Shown piece by piece: positions 1 through 13,246 of a DNA stretch of 64,000 nt. Source of the DNA: Eledone cirrhosa (lineage: Eukaryota); NCBI GenBank assembly GCA_964016885.1, contig OZ024756.1, positions 38,750,001-38,814,000 of the forward strand, in the 5' to 3' direction. The translations under genes and the position numbers were made by a program. The notes beneath the pieces were generated by a model. The model was given only the letters and a program-made list of their open reading frames with translations. It ran no database searches and was not told where the DNA came from. Each line of letters begins with the position of its first letter. Positions within the stretch are counted from its first letter, which is position 1.

Positions 1-802
1 AGTGTAAATAAATGTGAGACAATGACAACAACACTGTCCTAACCATGTTTAGTGAAATCTTATCTTATCTATAATATTTTTTAACCTTCTTTATTCGGAA
101 CACAAAATACCTTTTCAAACAAATGTATAAATATTAACATATTATCACTTAAATAAAAACCAATATATGAAGACATAGTACATTGAAGATACCATAGCAA
201 TGAAATAATAATTAACTCTTTTGGTGCAAGTCTTTGGTTCTATGAGACAAAACCATTAATTTTAAAGGGTTTCCTACATACTGTGAATTAAAATCTTTCA
301 ACATAATTTAATATACAAACCTATTGTTGTTACAAATACTATCTTGATAATGAAATAATTAATAATTTTAGTAAATCCTTCCAAATTCTTCAATAATTAA
401 TTCAAATACAATATCTTTTATTAGAAATATGGTCAGGAAATAGTTATTAGATTTTTACTGCTCAGAAAACCAGACAATTTGGGGTCAAGATTTTGATATT
501 ATTTATTTTGAGAATAATACCTTAACATCAGTATGAGCGATTGGTTTCAGCCAGTTTGAACAGAAAGAGGTGAGAAAATTCTGGCTGGATACAGCCGGTT
601 TAAATGATAAAGGATTAATCTTGGACCGTGACAATCAGTTGAACCCATACCAGCATGGAAAGTAGATGTTAAAGGATGATGATGATGCTCTATGAATCAT
701 TATGTTAATTTGGCTGCTATATCTAGTAAATTTATGAACTACATGGAGGCCACCTGGTTAGCTCAGATAAAACCAAGTTTGTGATATATATATATATATA
801 TA

Positions 803-1187
803 TAAATTTGTTTTGCAAGGTTTTTGATATGAAATCGTGTGTCGAAACAAATATTGTTATACTTGGGGAGGGTCATATTGTTATAATATTGCCAGAAATA
901 ATAGCAGAACACACTCACAATACAATACAATACAATAGGAAGAAACATAATAGTGCCACTGATGATGTTGCAGATGTGCAACGAAAGAACTTTGATAGAC
1001 TATATATATATATATATATTTAAATCTTTATTTGTAACCGCTGGTCAATCATTGATGAACATTGATTGCCAAATAAATTAACTATGGAGATATAAAAGAT
1101 ACAGAAGCGAAAACCAATCAAACAGTGAGTGTGGTCTGTTATTATTTCTGGCAATATTATTACAACAATATGACCCTCCCCAAGTAT

Positions 1188-1195
<8 letters not shown>
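803..1195. mobile_element. (TA)n-flanked dispersed element pair with inverted arms (family D)
   Basis: About 850-919 is the near reverse complement of about 1124-1194; the pieces are bounded by (TA)n; an interrupted copy lies at about 42200-42410 (atatgaaatcgtgtgttgaaaca...ggggagggtcat). Confidence 0.6.
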
Positions 1196-1231
<36 letters not shown>

Positions 1232-1235
<4 letters not shown>

Positions 1236-1490
1236 GGTGTTGGATGGTTAAAGCGTCCATATACGGTAGGCCGTTTGAGCACTCGATGGTCTCACCGAGC
1301 AGAGTAGGATATCACAAAAAGAGAATCAGTGTTGCGACGAATGGAATTTATTGGACATATTACAATCGTTTCTCTGGGTCAGGTTCGATCATCACATCGA
1401 TCGTGCCTCGAGCCGGTCGCCAGGGAAACGATTGTAATATGTCCAATAAATTCCATTCGTCGTAACACTGATTCTCTTTTCTGTGATATA
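1232..1490. mobile_element. Fold-back element beside (TA)n with about 70-bp inverted arms (family G)
   Basis: About 1308-1377 and about 1420-1489 are inverted copies; each arm read outward contains GAAAC-GATT-GTA, like the 3' half of a hammerhead; the left arm has about 75 nt of extra tail; a related fragment lies at about 28786-28840. Confidence 0.7.
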
Positions 1491-1824
1491 TGTGTGTGTG
1501 TGTGTGTGTGATTATGTAAACTTGTCCATCCCACATACATTTCTATGAATCCGGTGTTTATAATCACAGGATTTGATGGAAGAAACAAAAAACAGAAAAT
1601 GTGTCTGAGAAATTTTTATGGAATTTCACAAAATATTCCATTGAAACAAACAAAAAAAAGCTTTTTCTATTGGTTTGTCTGTTGGTGTGTATATATGTGT
1701 GTATATATGTGAGGGTGTGTTGATGTAACATATGTGTGTGTATATAGGTGAGGGTGTGTTGGTATATATGTGAGTGTGAGGATGTGTTGGTGTATATATG
1801 TGTGTGTGAGGGTGTGTTGGTGTA

Positions 1825-1863
<39 letters not shown>

Positions 1864-2601
1864 ATATATATAATGGTCTGTTGGTGTATATATATATATG
1901 TGTATATGTGTGTTAGGATGTGTGTGTTAGTGTGTTGGTATATCTGTGTGTTAGTGTGTTGGTATATGTGTGTTAGTGTGTTGGTTTATGTGTGTGTGTG
2001 TTAGTGTGTTGGTATATGTGTGTGTTAGTGTGTTGGTATATGTGTGTGTGTGTTAGTGTGTTGGTATATGTGTGTGTTAGTGTGTTGGTATATGTGTGTG
2101 TGTGTTAGTGTGTTGGTATATGTGTGTGTATATGATTGCTCACAATTACCTAGGCCTGTTTTAATGTATAAGAAACTGTAAGTATAAGTACATAATAATA
2201 TGTGTATATGTGAATGTAACACATGTGAATGTAATACTTAAGTGTATTCATATATACACACACATACATACACATACATATATACGCACACACGTACATA
2301 CATGTGTACATATGTTTTTACACACACACAATTCATCTCTGAATTGACACATATATTATGTACTCACACATTATGTATATACATGTATGTACATGTATAT
2401 GTCCATATATACAACATGTATATATAATACAATGCCAATTATCCATTCTACACACACTGCTGTATAGGTATGTATACTCAGCATAAAAATATAACATGGA
2501 GAACTGTGCTGTTGACTGGGAATAGCAGATGGTGAGAAGTAGAGAAGTAGATTTCAATTACATTGTCTAGACACCATTGTAAACAACATATTATATATAT
2601 T

Positions 2602-2801
2602 NNNNNNNNNNNNNNNNNNNNNNNNNNNNNNNNNNNNNNNNNNNNNNNNNNNNNNNNNNNNNNNNNNNNNNNNNNNNNNNNNNNNNNNNNNNNNNNNNNN
2701 NNNNNNNNNNNNNNNNNNNNNNNNNNNNNNNNNNNNNNNNNNNNNNNNNNNNNNNNNNNNNNNNNNNNNNNNNNNNNNNNNNNNNNNNNNNNNNNNNNNN
2801 N
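2602..2801. other. Assembly gap (200 N)
   Basis: Run of N. Confidence 1.
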
Positions 2802-3408
2802 GTTAACACCTGTTGTACACCACTGTAGCACAGTTAACACCTGTTGTACACCACTGTATTACTGTTAACACCTGTTGTACACCACTGTAGCACAGTTAAC
2901 ACCTGGTGTACACCACTGTAGCACAGTTAACACCTGGTGTACACCACTGTATCACAATTAACACCTGTTGTACACCACTGTAGCACAGTTAACACCTGTT
3001 GTACACCACTGTACCACAGTTAACACCTGTTGTACACCACTGTAGCACAGTTAACACCTGGTGTACACCACTGTATCACAATTAACACCTGTTGTACACC
3101 ACTGTAGCACAGTTAACACCTGGTGTACACCACTGTATCACAATTAACACCTGTTGTACACCACTGTAGCACAGTTAACACCTGTTGTACACCACTGTAT
3201 CACAATTAACACCTGGTGTACACCACTGTATCACAATTAACACCTGTTGTACACCACTGTAGCACAGTTAACACCTGTTGTACACCACTGTAGCACTGTT
3301 AACACCTGTTGTACACCACTGTACCACAGTTAACACCTGTTGTACACCACTGTACCACAGTTAACACCTGGTGTACACCACTGTATCACATTTAACACCT
3401 GTTGTACA
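2802..3408. repeat. 31-bp minisatellite (gttaacacctgttgtacaccactgtagcaca), about 19-20 copies, truncated by the gap
   Basis: Direct inspection of tandem units. Confidence 0.95.
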
Positions 3409-3777
3409 GCATCCCAATATTAGTATCATTCAATTACCAATGGTAGATAACCAATACATATTATATTGCTAATATAATATCATCATCATCATCATCATCG
3501 TCATTATTCCACCTTCTTTTCCATGGCAGGAGTCGTTTAAGAATATTTCTCAGGCAGTTTCTATTGTCAAACCCACTGATTGTTCTCAACCCTCACTCAT
3601 CTTCTTTGTTTCTGTTTTAACCCTTTAACATTTAAACCATATATATATATATGTGTGTGTATGTATGTATGTATATATATATGCATGTATATATATACAT
3701 GTATATATATATATATATGCATACACACATATTTCTATCTCCCTATATACACACACACACACACATTTATCAATCTA

Positions 3778-3832
<55 letters not shown>

Positions 3833-4391
3833 GTGTGTGTATATGAATATATATATATATATACATACACACATATTTCTATCTTCCTATATATACACAC
3901 ACACACACGCATTTATCAATCTACTTATATATATATACACACACATGTAGATATATATAGATATATATATCAGCAGATTGATAGATATAGCAGCAGGCAG
4001 GTAGTATGACAAAGAGACTGATAGATGTTTTGGTATGAAGCAACAGTGAAGATTTACCTGTGTGGCCTTACAGTAGATAAAAGACTTTACCTGTTGAACC
4101 ATCAGTCTTTAATCTCTCTGAATCTGTTTAGTAATTAGAGAGACCATGGCAAGGATAGAGGGGGGGGGGGGGGCGGGATATAGAGAGATGTGGTGTGAGG
4201 TGGTAGAGTGGAAGGTTTTAGGGGGAGTAAGAAACTGAGGAGATAAGGAAGATGAGAGAGGGAGATGCAGTGAAAGGAGAGCTAGGGAGAGAGAGAGAGA
4301 AGGAGACAGTTGGATAGGAGGAGAGAAAGATATAGAAATAGAGAAGAGGAGGAAGTAGGGTTGATGGCAGAAGAAGTGATATATATATATA

Positions 4392-4625
4392 TCATCATCA
4401 TAATCATCTTCGTTTAACGTCCATCTTCCACGCTAGCATGGGTTAAACGGGAGTTATCCCACTTGAGGCAAAGTTGGTCGGGTGACCATGTCTCGCTCAT
4501 ATAGGACTATCTGGCAGGTTTTCTACGGCTGGATGCCCTTCCTAACCCCAACCACGTTTACAGTGTGGAACTGGGAACTTTTTACCGTGTTACCTACACA
4601 ACCACATTACAGCGTGGACTGTGTG
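4392..4625 (-). mobile_element. Common dispersed repeat with (GAT)n 3' tail, likely RTE-type SINE/LINE end
   Basis: (CAT)n-gtttaacgtcc...gctagcatgggtt...ggctggatgcccttcctaac; related copies at about 640-690, 3480-3530, 19330-19570, 21270-21480, 24030-24075 and 27230-27298. Confidence 0.7.
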
Positions 4626-4879
4626 TTTTTTTTTCTCGTGACACCTACACGATCTCGATCTCATTTATCTCATTTATTTGGATTGGATGTTGTGGTACCA
4701 ACTTTATAGAGAGAGGGTGTTGTTGGTGGGAGTGGGAGGATAGGGTAGGGGTAGTGGATTGGGGTGTATATTTGGTTAAGAGGTGCCTACTGACTAGGTT
4801 TCGCTTTGTACATAGGCAAGGCGGGTCTTCTGTATTACTGCGTAGCGCAAAAGATCTTGGTCCAGAGACATTGTCTTAG

Positions 4880-5260
4880 AGAGGTGTAAGTATGTAAGGT
4901 CGGAATTTATCAGATCGTCACAGGTTTTTCTGGGTCTACCTACTCCGTAACTACCATCAATTTTGATCGCCCTGCACTTTTTTTATACAGCTGTCGTCTT
5001 TCATGCGCATCACGTGCCCATACCAACGTAATCTTCTCTCGAGTAAACAGCATCTGATCCCTCTTATTCCTAATTACTATTACACATCCAATGGAGCATG
5101 CATGCTTCATTCCTTTCCAGTCTGCGCAAGTCCTCTGCATGCAATGCCCATATCTCACTGCCATGTAGCATTGCTGTTCGTATACAAGCATCATACAATC
5201 TGCCTTTCATTTTTAGAGAGAAACCTTTTGTGGCCAACAGCGCTATAAGCTCTCTGAACT
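4880..5260 (-). mobile_element. Degraded RTE-clade LINE fragment (post-RT C-terminal region)
   Basis: Translations across frameshifts give KGRLYDACIRTAMLHGSEIWAL...LERNEACML, RRLRWYGHVMRM and GRPRKT, typical RTE ORF motifs. Confidence 0.85.
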
Positions 5261-5369
5261 TTATATATATATATTTTCTCCGAAATTTGATACTCCGTAT
5301 GAGTTCCAAGACATCATTTTCAAAGGGTAGCAATGCTGGGTTACCCGGAAGGTTATTATAGGTTTTAAA

Positions 5370-5435
5370 AGATTCAGAGTTTCAGAAGATCCCGTTAAGG
5401 GTGAAAGCAGCGATTCTTTGCTTAAACTTTAATCT
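5370..5435 (+). ncRNA. Type I hammerhead-like fold with variant core CAGAAGA (family C element, about 5275-5530)
   Basis: Stem I AGATTcAGAGTTT/AAACTTTAATCT; CAGAAGA 5383-5389; stem II CCC-GTTAA-GGG; GAAA 5403-5406; stem III GCA/TGC; putative cleavage triplet CUU. Confidence 0.6.
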
Positions 5436-5532
5436 GTTATTTTAATAAATATTTGCTCTAGGGTTCTTATATATTTGATATATATTTATCGAGCCCTCTT
5501 TGGATTTTAGTCTTCAAATTTATTATTATTAC

Positions 5533-5568
<36 letters not shown>

Positions 5569-5571
5569 TAC

Positions 5572-5602
<31 letters not shown>

Positions 5603-5603
5603 C

Positions 5604-5638
<35 letters not shown>

Positions 5639-6170
5639 AGAGAGGTGGGAGGAAGAAGATAGTGGGGGGGGGGAATTGAAGGTAGTAGGAGAGACAGAGA
5701 TAGAGAGAAGGGAACGGGGGAGAGAAAGGGTGGGAGTGGATGGAGAAAGATAGAGGTAGAAGAAAAGAGGGGAAGAGAAAGATATAGAGGCAGAGACAGG
5801 GTAGAGAAAGATAGATATGGATGAAAATGGGGGATAGATAGGAGAGAGAGAGAGAGAGAGAGAGTGTGTGTGTGTGTGAGTGTGTGTGTGTGTTAGTTTC
5901 TACTCCATCATCACTACATCGTCTTGAGCCATATATAATGAGTGTTGGGGTGGGCTGGTGGGTGAAAAGGCGTGGTTGTTTGGCAGTGTGGTTAGCTGGT
6001 TTGTATACCACACAAACAACCACTATCTGCACTTCCATGCAAACATTGTCACCATGACAACAATTTGTTTAGTCTTTTTTTTTTACAACTGTATTTTTTT
6101 AAATTTACTTTTTATAGATTTTAAGAGGTTTTAAATTTTATTTTATCATAAACTAGTATATATATATATA

Positions 6171-6240
6171 TAGTGAAAAATGGAACGGGAACAAAACAGA
6201 GAGGCAGTACGAACAAAGGTTTATTAGTTTCACGCTCTTG
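6171..6240 (-). mobile_element. Short (TA)n-flanked dispersed element (family E)
   Basis: Near-identical copy at 25453-25519, also between (TA)n; resembles the tail of the 6316-6440 element. Confidence 0.7.
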
Positions 6241-6403
6241 AGAGTGGGGGGGGGGGTATATATATATATATATATATATCTTTCTTTCTTTATTTGCCAC
6301 AGATATATATATATATGTAAAAGGTAATCAGATATAACAAAACAAACGGCAGAGTACATGTAAGAAATATATTAGTTTAACACTTGAACTAGCAGAAAGA
6401 GAG

Positions 6404-6439
6404 TCTTAACGTTTCTGACACTAGTCCTTCATCAGAAGA
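6404..6439 (-). ncRNA. Ultra-minimal type I hammerhead motif, Penelope-like (family F element, about 6316-6560)
   Basis: Minus strand TCTT-CTGATGA-AGGAC-TAGT-GTCA-GAAACGTT-AAGA, with palindromic ACGT in place of stem III; a decayed copy lies at 23621-23695 (+). Confidence 0.7.
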
Positions 6440-6773
6440 TAGAGCTAGAAATAGAAGATAAATAGAAAGTAAAGAGTGATAAGAGGAAGGAATGGGGGAA
6501 ATTGACCAAAAAAGTTGGGGAGAAACAAAAAACACGTGCGTATTCAGTCGGCCATATTAACCTATTGTTTTACAGATGGAATAAGTCATTTTTGATTGTT
6601 TTCTTCTCCATACTTTAACAAAGCTATGTTTGTGGATTTTATTCTTTTTACTCTTTTACTGGTTTCAATCATCAGACTGTGGCCATGCTGGGGCACAGCC
6701 TTTATTTAGTCAATCATATTGACCCCTCCCCCAGTACTTTTTCAGAAATACACCAGGTCTGAACACCTATATT

Positions 6774-6960
6774 GTGAATTCGCAGTATCGGTAGAAGGTT
6801 GGACGCCATGTTTTCTAGCATAGATATGTCCCTTTACAGTCTGAGTTCAAATCCCGCCGAGGTTAACTTTGCCTTTCATCCTTACGGGGTCAATAAAATA
6901 AAGTACCAGTAATGTACTGGGTAATTGCTGGCCTTGTGCCAAAAGTAGAAACAATTATTA
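6774..6960 (+). mobile_element. tRNA-derived SINE (family S1)
   Basis: A-box-like gcagtatcggtag, B-box gagttcaaatcc, central gcctttcatccttacggggtc.ataaaat.agtaccag (resembles a Meta/MESC-type domain from memory; unverified). Confidence 0.85.
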
Positions 6961-7231
6961 CTTTTGGTGTGGAACAATAGCGTTCCTAGAGCCACGTGTC
7001 TGTGGCACTGTATTCCAGACCAAACATTCCAAAAGAAATTAATAAGAAAATACGAAAAATCCTTTATTGATAATAATTACATTGGGAGCATAGTGTTGTT
7101 TTCAATGTAACGTGTTTGAAAGGGAAGGTGTGTGAGAGAGGGGGGGGGGGGGGGTAGGGACTTCTGGATGTTACAGAAGCCAATGTTTAGTTCTTGAAGA
7201 TCATCTCTGCAGGCTGGGAACATCTCACTTT

Positions 7232-8135
7232 TAAATATCAACACCACCACCACCTTCACTATCAATACTAACTTTACAGACACCACCACCACCACCTTCA
7301 CTATCAATACTCCACAGACACCACCACCACCACCTTCACTATCAATACTAACTCCACAGACACCACCACCACCACCACCACTACCTTCAGTATCAATACT
7401 AACTCTACAGACACCACCACCACCACCTTCACCATCAATACTAACTCTACAGACACCATCACCACCACCACCTTCACCATCAATACTAACTCTACAGACA
7501 CCACCACCACCACCACCACTACCTTCACCATCAATACTAACTCTACAGACACCACCACCACCATCAATATTAACTCTACAGACACCACCACCACCACCTT
7601 CACCATCAATACTAACTCTACAGACACCATCACCACCACCACCACCTTCACCATCAATACTAACTCTACAGACACCACCACCACCACCACCTTCACCATC
7701 AATACTAACTCTACAGACACCACCACCACCACCACCTTCACCATCAATACTAACTCTACAGACACCACCACCACCACCACCACCTTCACCATCAATACTA
7801 ACTCTACAGACACCACCACCACCACCACCTTCACCATCAATACTAACTCTACAGACACCATCACCACCACCACCACCTTCACCATCAATACTAACTCTAC
7901 AGACACCACCACCACCACCACCTTCACCATCAATACTAACTCTACAGACACCACCACCACCACCACCACCTTCACCATCAATACTAACTCTACAGACACC
8001 ACCACCACTACCTTCACCATCAATACTAACTCTACAGACACCACCACCACCACTACCTTCACCATCAATACTAACTCTACAGACACCACCACCACCACTA
8101 CCTTCACCATCAATACTAACTCCATAGACACCACC
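7232..8135. repeat. Compound minisatellite: constant ttcaccatcaatactaactctacaga plus variable (CAC)n
   Basis: About 20 units, mostly 42-51 bp. Confidence 0.95.
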
Positions 8136-8239
8136 ATTCCCTTCATTTATTGTTCCTAGTTCTATACTACAAAGCAGCTAATTTTAATATGTTTTAAATC
8201 ATCTATAACATCGTTATAATCTTATGGAAGAACCATTAA

Positions 8240-8471
8240 CCCTTTAGCATTTAAACCTGCCATATCCGACCAGAATTCCCTCACCTCTTTCAGTTCAAAC
8301 TGGCTGTAACTGGCTGTAACTGACTGCTTATACCTACATTAAGGTATTGTTCTCAAAATATATAATATCATCATCAAAATCTCGTAGATTCAATATTATG
8401 TGAGATAAAGGCTTTACCACAAAAATACTGCAACAAAATAGTAAATATAGAGTAATGTAAATGCTAAAGGG
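8240..8471. mobile_element. piggyBac-type MITE with TTAA target site duplication
   Basis: TTAA|CCCTTTAGCATTTA ... TAAATGCTAAAGGG|TTAA; partial copies at about 480-618, 3617-3640, 13638-13790 and 23198-23235. Confidence 0.85.
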
Positions 8472-9506
8472 TTAAGTTATGTTCCAAATACTGTGTTTTT
8501 ATATTCTTTTAAAACACCTTCCATCATAATTTTATGAAAGAACCTTTGTTAAGTTGAGTTCCAAACACCAGGTTAATAATGAGAAAGTTAGTGGTTGGTG
8601 ATAGGAATGGCATCCTGCCATTAAAACCATGCCAAAACTATGAATAGCAGCATGGTGATGATAATGATTATAATGATGATGATGATGACTTGTTGATTAA
8701 TCCTTTTAATGCCAACAGACCTGAGAATTGCTTCTCTCTTACAAAACTGCCCGATTTTTAAAAAAACGTTCATATTTAAAGAATGACTTTACATCATAAT
8801 ATGATTTGTTTTATGTAAGAACCATTTGTCGAGTGTCTGACTCGACTGAGTGGAGTGTGTGACTCTATAGATTGCATGGAGTATCTCATTCAATAGATCG
8901 AGTGTAGTGTCTCACTCAATAGATTGAGTGTAGTGTCTCACTCAATAGATTGAGTGTAGTGTCTCACTCAATAGATTGACACGTCAGCTAACTAATTTAT
9001 TTCAATTCAGACCCAATTATTGATTTTTCTCCCCCTCTCCCCACCCCCTCCCTCAAACACATATATATATATATATTTTTTTTGGCTGTCTCTCCTGCTC
9101 CAAACAACACAACTATCACCACAACACTGCTTCACTATCACCACCACCCTATCAACATCACCACCATACTGCTACACTAACACCACCACCACCACCACCA
9201 TACTGCTACACTAAGATCACCACCACCACCACACCGCTGCACTATCAACATAACCACCACCATCAACACCACCACCACCACCACCATTAACACCACCACT
9301 GCCACTACCATCATCACCATTATCACCACCACCACCACCATCACCATTAACACCACCACCGCCACCACCATCATCACCATTATCACCACCACCACAAACC
9401 ACCACACCTTCATCACAATCACCACCACCCTCTCCACTTCCTGTCAATGTCTGGGAATCCAAAAGACATTCTTTAATCTCTGTTTATTACATTACATGAC
9501 ATGACA

Positions 9507-12500
9507 GTGTGGTGTAGTGTGGTGTGGTGTAGTGTGGTGTAGTGTGGTGTGGTGTGGTGTGGTGTGGTGTAGTGTGGTGTGGTGTGGTGTAGTGTGGTGT
9601 GGTGTGGTGTAGTGTAGTGTGGTGTAGTGTGGTGTAGTGTGGTGTGGTGTGGTGTGGTGTGGTGTGGTGTGGTGTAGTGTAGTGTGGTGTGGTGTAGTGT
9701 GGTGTGGTGTGGTGTAGTGTGGTGTGGTGTAGTGTGGTGTGGTGTGGTGTGGTGTGGTGTGGTGTGTGGTGTAGTGTAGTGTGGTGTGGTGTGGTGTGGT
9801 GTGGTGTGGTGTAGTGTGGTGTGGTGTAGTGTAGTGTGGTGTGGTGTGGTGTGGTGTAGTGTGGTGTAGTGTGGTGTGGTGTAGTGTGGTGTGGTGTGTA
9901 GTGTAGTGTGGTGTGGTGTAGTGTGGTGTAGTGTGGTGTGGTGTAGTGTGGTGTGGTGTGTAGTGTGGTGTGGTGTGTAGTGTGGTGTGTGGTGTGGTGT
10001 AGTGTGGTGTGTGGTGTAGTGTGGTGTAGTGTGGTGTGGTGTAGTGTGGTGTGGTGTAGTGTGGTGTAGTGTGGTGTGGTGTAGTGTGGTGTAGTGTGGT
10101 GTGGTGTAGTGTGGTGTAGTGTGGTGTAGTGTGGTGTGTGGTGTAGTGTGGTGTGGTGTGGTGTGGTGTGGTGTAGTGTGGTGTGGTGTAGTGTGGTGTG
10201 GTGTAGTGTAGTGTGGTGTGGTATGGTGTAGTGTAGTGTGGTGTAGTGTAGTGTAGTGTAGTGTGGTGTAGTGTGGTGTGGTGTAGTGTGGTGTAGTGTG
10301 GTGTAGTGTGGTGTGGTGTGGTGTGGTGTGGTGTAGTGTGGTGTGGTGTAGTGTGGTGTGGTGTGGTGTAGTGTAGTGTGGTGTGGTGTGGTGTGGTGTG
10401 GTGTGGTGTAGTGTGGTGTGGTGTAGTGTAGTGTGGTGTGGTGTAGTGTGGTGTGGTGTAGTGTAGTGTGGTGTAGTGTGGTGTGGTGTAGTGTGGTGTA
10501 GTGTGGTGTAGTGGGTGTAGTGTGGTGTGTGGTGTAGTGTGGTGTGTGGTGTCTGGTGTAGTGTGGTGTAGTGTGTGGTGTAGTGTAGTGTAGTGTAGTG
10601 TGGTGTGGTATGGTGTAGTGTGGTGTGGTGTAGTGTGTGGTGTAGTGTGGTGTAGTGTAGTGTAGTGTAGTGGTAGTGTGTGTGGTGTAGTGTGGTGTGG
10701 TGTGGTGTAGTGTGGTGTGTGGTGTGTGGTGTAGTGTGGTGTAGTGTGTGTGTGTGTGTGTGGTGTAGTGTGGTGTAGTGTAGTGTGGTGTGTGGTGTAG
10801 TGTGGTGTAGTGTGGTGTAGTGTGGTGTGGTGTAGTGTGGTGTGGTGTAGTGTAGTGTGGTGTGGTGGTGTGGTGTGGTGTAGTGTGGTGTGGTGTAGTG
10901 TGGTGTGTGTGGTGTGGTGTGGTGTGGTGTAGTGTGGTGTGGTGTGGTGTGGTGTGAGTGTAGTGTGGTGTGGTGTGGTGTAGTGGTGGTGGTGGTGTGG
11001 TGTAGTGTGGTGTGGTGTAGTGTGGTGTGGTGTAGTGTGGTGTGGTGTGGTGTGGTGTGGTGTGGTGTAGTGTGGTGTGGTGTAGTGTGGTGTAGTGTGG
11101 TGTGGTGTAGTGTGGTGTGGTGTGGTGTAGTGTGTGTGTGGTGTAGTGTGGTGTGGTGTAGTGTGGTGTAGTGTGGTGTAGTGTGGTGTGGTGTAGTGTG
11201 GTGTAGTGGTGTGGTGTGTGGTGTGGTGTAGTGTAGTGTAGTGTGGTGTGGTGTGTGGTGTGGTGTGTGGTGTGTGGTGTGGTGTAGTGTGGTGTAGTGT
11301 GGTGTGGTGTGGTGTAGTGTGGTGTAGTGGTGTGGTGTGTGGTGTGGTGTAGTGTGGTGTGGTGTGTGTGTGGTGTGTGGTGTGGTGTCGGTGTAGTGTG
11401 GTGTAGTGTGGTGTGGTGTGGTGTGTGGTGTCTGGTGTAGTGTGGTGTAGTGTGGTGTGTGGTGTGGTGTGGTGTGTGGTGTGGTGTAGTGTGGTGTAGT
11501 GTGTTGTGTGGTGTAGTGTGGTGTGTGGTGTGTGGTGTGGTGTGGTGTAGTGTGGTGGTGTGGTGTAGTGTGGTGTGTTGTGTGGTGTAGTGTGGTGTGT
11601 GGTGTGTGGTGTAGTGTGTGTAGTGTGGTGTGTGGTGTCTGGTGTAGTGTGGTGTAATGTGGTGTGTAGTGTGGTGTGGTGTGTGGTGTGGTGTGTAGTG
11701 TGGTGTGTAGTGTGGTGTGGTGTGTGGTGTGGTGTGGTGTGGTGTGGTGTAGTGTGGTGTAGTGTGGTGTGGTGTGGTGTGGTGTGGTGTCTGATGTAGT
11801 GTGGTGTGGTGTGGTGTAGTGTAGTGTGGTGTGGTGTGGTGTAGTGTGGTGTAGTGTAGTGTAGTGTGGTGTGTTGTGTGGTGTAGTGTGGTGTGTGGTG
11901 TGTGGTGTAGTGTGGTGTGTGGTGTCTGGTGTAGTGTGGTGTAGTGTGTGGTGTAGTGTAGTGTAGTGTAGTGTGGTGTGGTGTGGTATGGTGTAGTGTG
12001 GTGTGGTGTAGTGTGGTGTAGTGTGGTGTGGTGTAGTGTAGTGTAGGTGTGGTGTGTGTGGTGTGGTGTAGTGTGGTGTGTGTGTGTAGTGTGGTGTAGT
12101 GTGGTGTAGTGGTGTGGTGTGTGGTGTAGTGTGGTGTAGTGTGGTGTGGCGTGGTGGTAGTGTGGTGTAGTGTGGTGTGTGGTGTCTGGTGTAGTGTAGT
12201 GTGGTGTGGTGTAGTGTGGTGTGGTGTAGTGTAGTGTAGTGTGGTGTGGTGTGGTGTAGTGTGGAGTGGTGTGGTGTAGTGTGGTGTGGTGTGGTGTGTA
12301 GTGTGGTGTAGTGTGGTGTGGTGTGTGTTAGTGTGGTGAGTGTGGTGTGGTGTAGTGTTGTGTAGTGTGGTGTGTGAGGTGTAGTGTGTGTGGTGTGGTG
12401 TGGTGTGGTGTAGTGTGGGTGTAGTGTGGTGTAGTGTGGTGTGGTGTAGTGTGGTGTGTGTGGTGTAGTGTGGTGTGGTGTAGTGTAGTGTGGTGTAGTG

Positions 12501-13246
12501 TGGTGTAGTTGTGGTGTAGTGTGGTGTGGTGTGGTGTAGTGTGGTGTAGTGTTGTGTGGTGTAGTGTGGTGTGGTGTAGTGTGGTGTAGTGAGTGTAGTG
12601 TGGTGTGAGTGTGGTGTGGTGTGGTGTGTGTGGTGTGTGTGGTGTGTGGTGTGGTGTGTGGTGTGTGGTGTGGTGTAGTGTAGTTAGTGGTGTGGTGTGT
12701 GGTGTGTGGTGTGGTGTGGTGTAGTGTGGTGTGGTGTGTGGTGTTGGTGAAGTGTGGTGTAGTGTGGTGTTGTTTGTGGTGTGGTGTAGTGTGGTGTAGA
12801 GTGTGTTGTGTGGTGTAGTGTGGTGTGTGGTGTGTGGTGTGGTGTGGTGTAGTGTGGTGGTGTGGTGTAGTGTGGTGTGTTGTGTGGTGTAGTGTGGTGT
12901 GTGGTGTGTGGTGTAGTGTGGTGTAGTGTGGTGTGTGGTGTCTGGTGTAGTGTGGTGTGGTGTGTGGGTGTGGTGTGGTGTGTAGTGTGTGTGGTGTGGT
13001 GTGGTACGGTGTGGTGTGGTGTGGTGTAGTGTGGTGTGGTGTTGGTGTGGTGTAGTGTGGTGTGGTGTGGTGTGGTTGTGGTGTGGTGTGGTGTGTGTGG
13101 TGTCTGGTGTAGTGTGGTGTGTAGTGTGGTGTGGTGTGGTGTGGTGTAGTGTGGTGTGTAGTGTGGTGTCTGGTGTAGTGTGGTGTGTAAGTGTGTGTGG
13201 TGTGGTGTGGTGTAGTGTGGTACGGTGTGGTGTGGTGTGGTGTAGT
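9507..13246. repeat. About 3.7-kb pentamer satellite (GTGTG/GTGTA)n
   Basis: Continuous degenerate pentamer array; the same repeat occurs on the other strand at 54255-54785. Confidence 0.98.

Noticed and set aside
7232-8135. Repeat-spacer array resembling CRISPR, and a Val-rich ORF
   Set aside because: The spacers are only variable-length (CAC)n.
9507-13246. Telomeric array
   Set aside because: It is a pentamer GTGTR repeat, not TTAGGG, and is internal with unique flanks.
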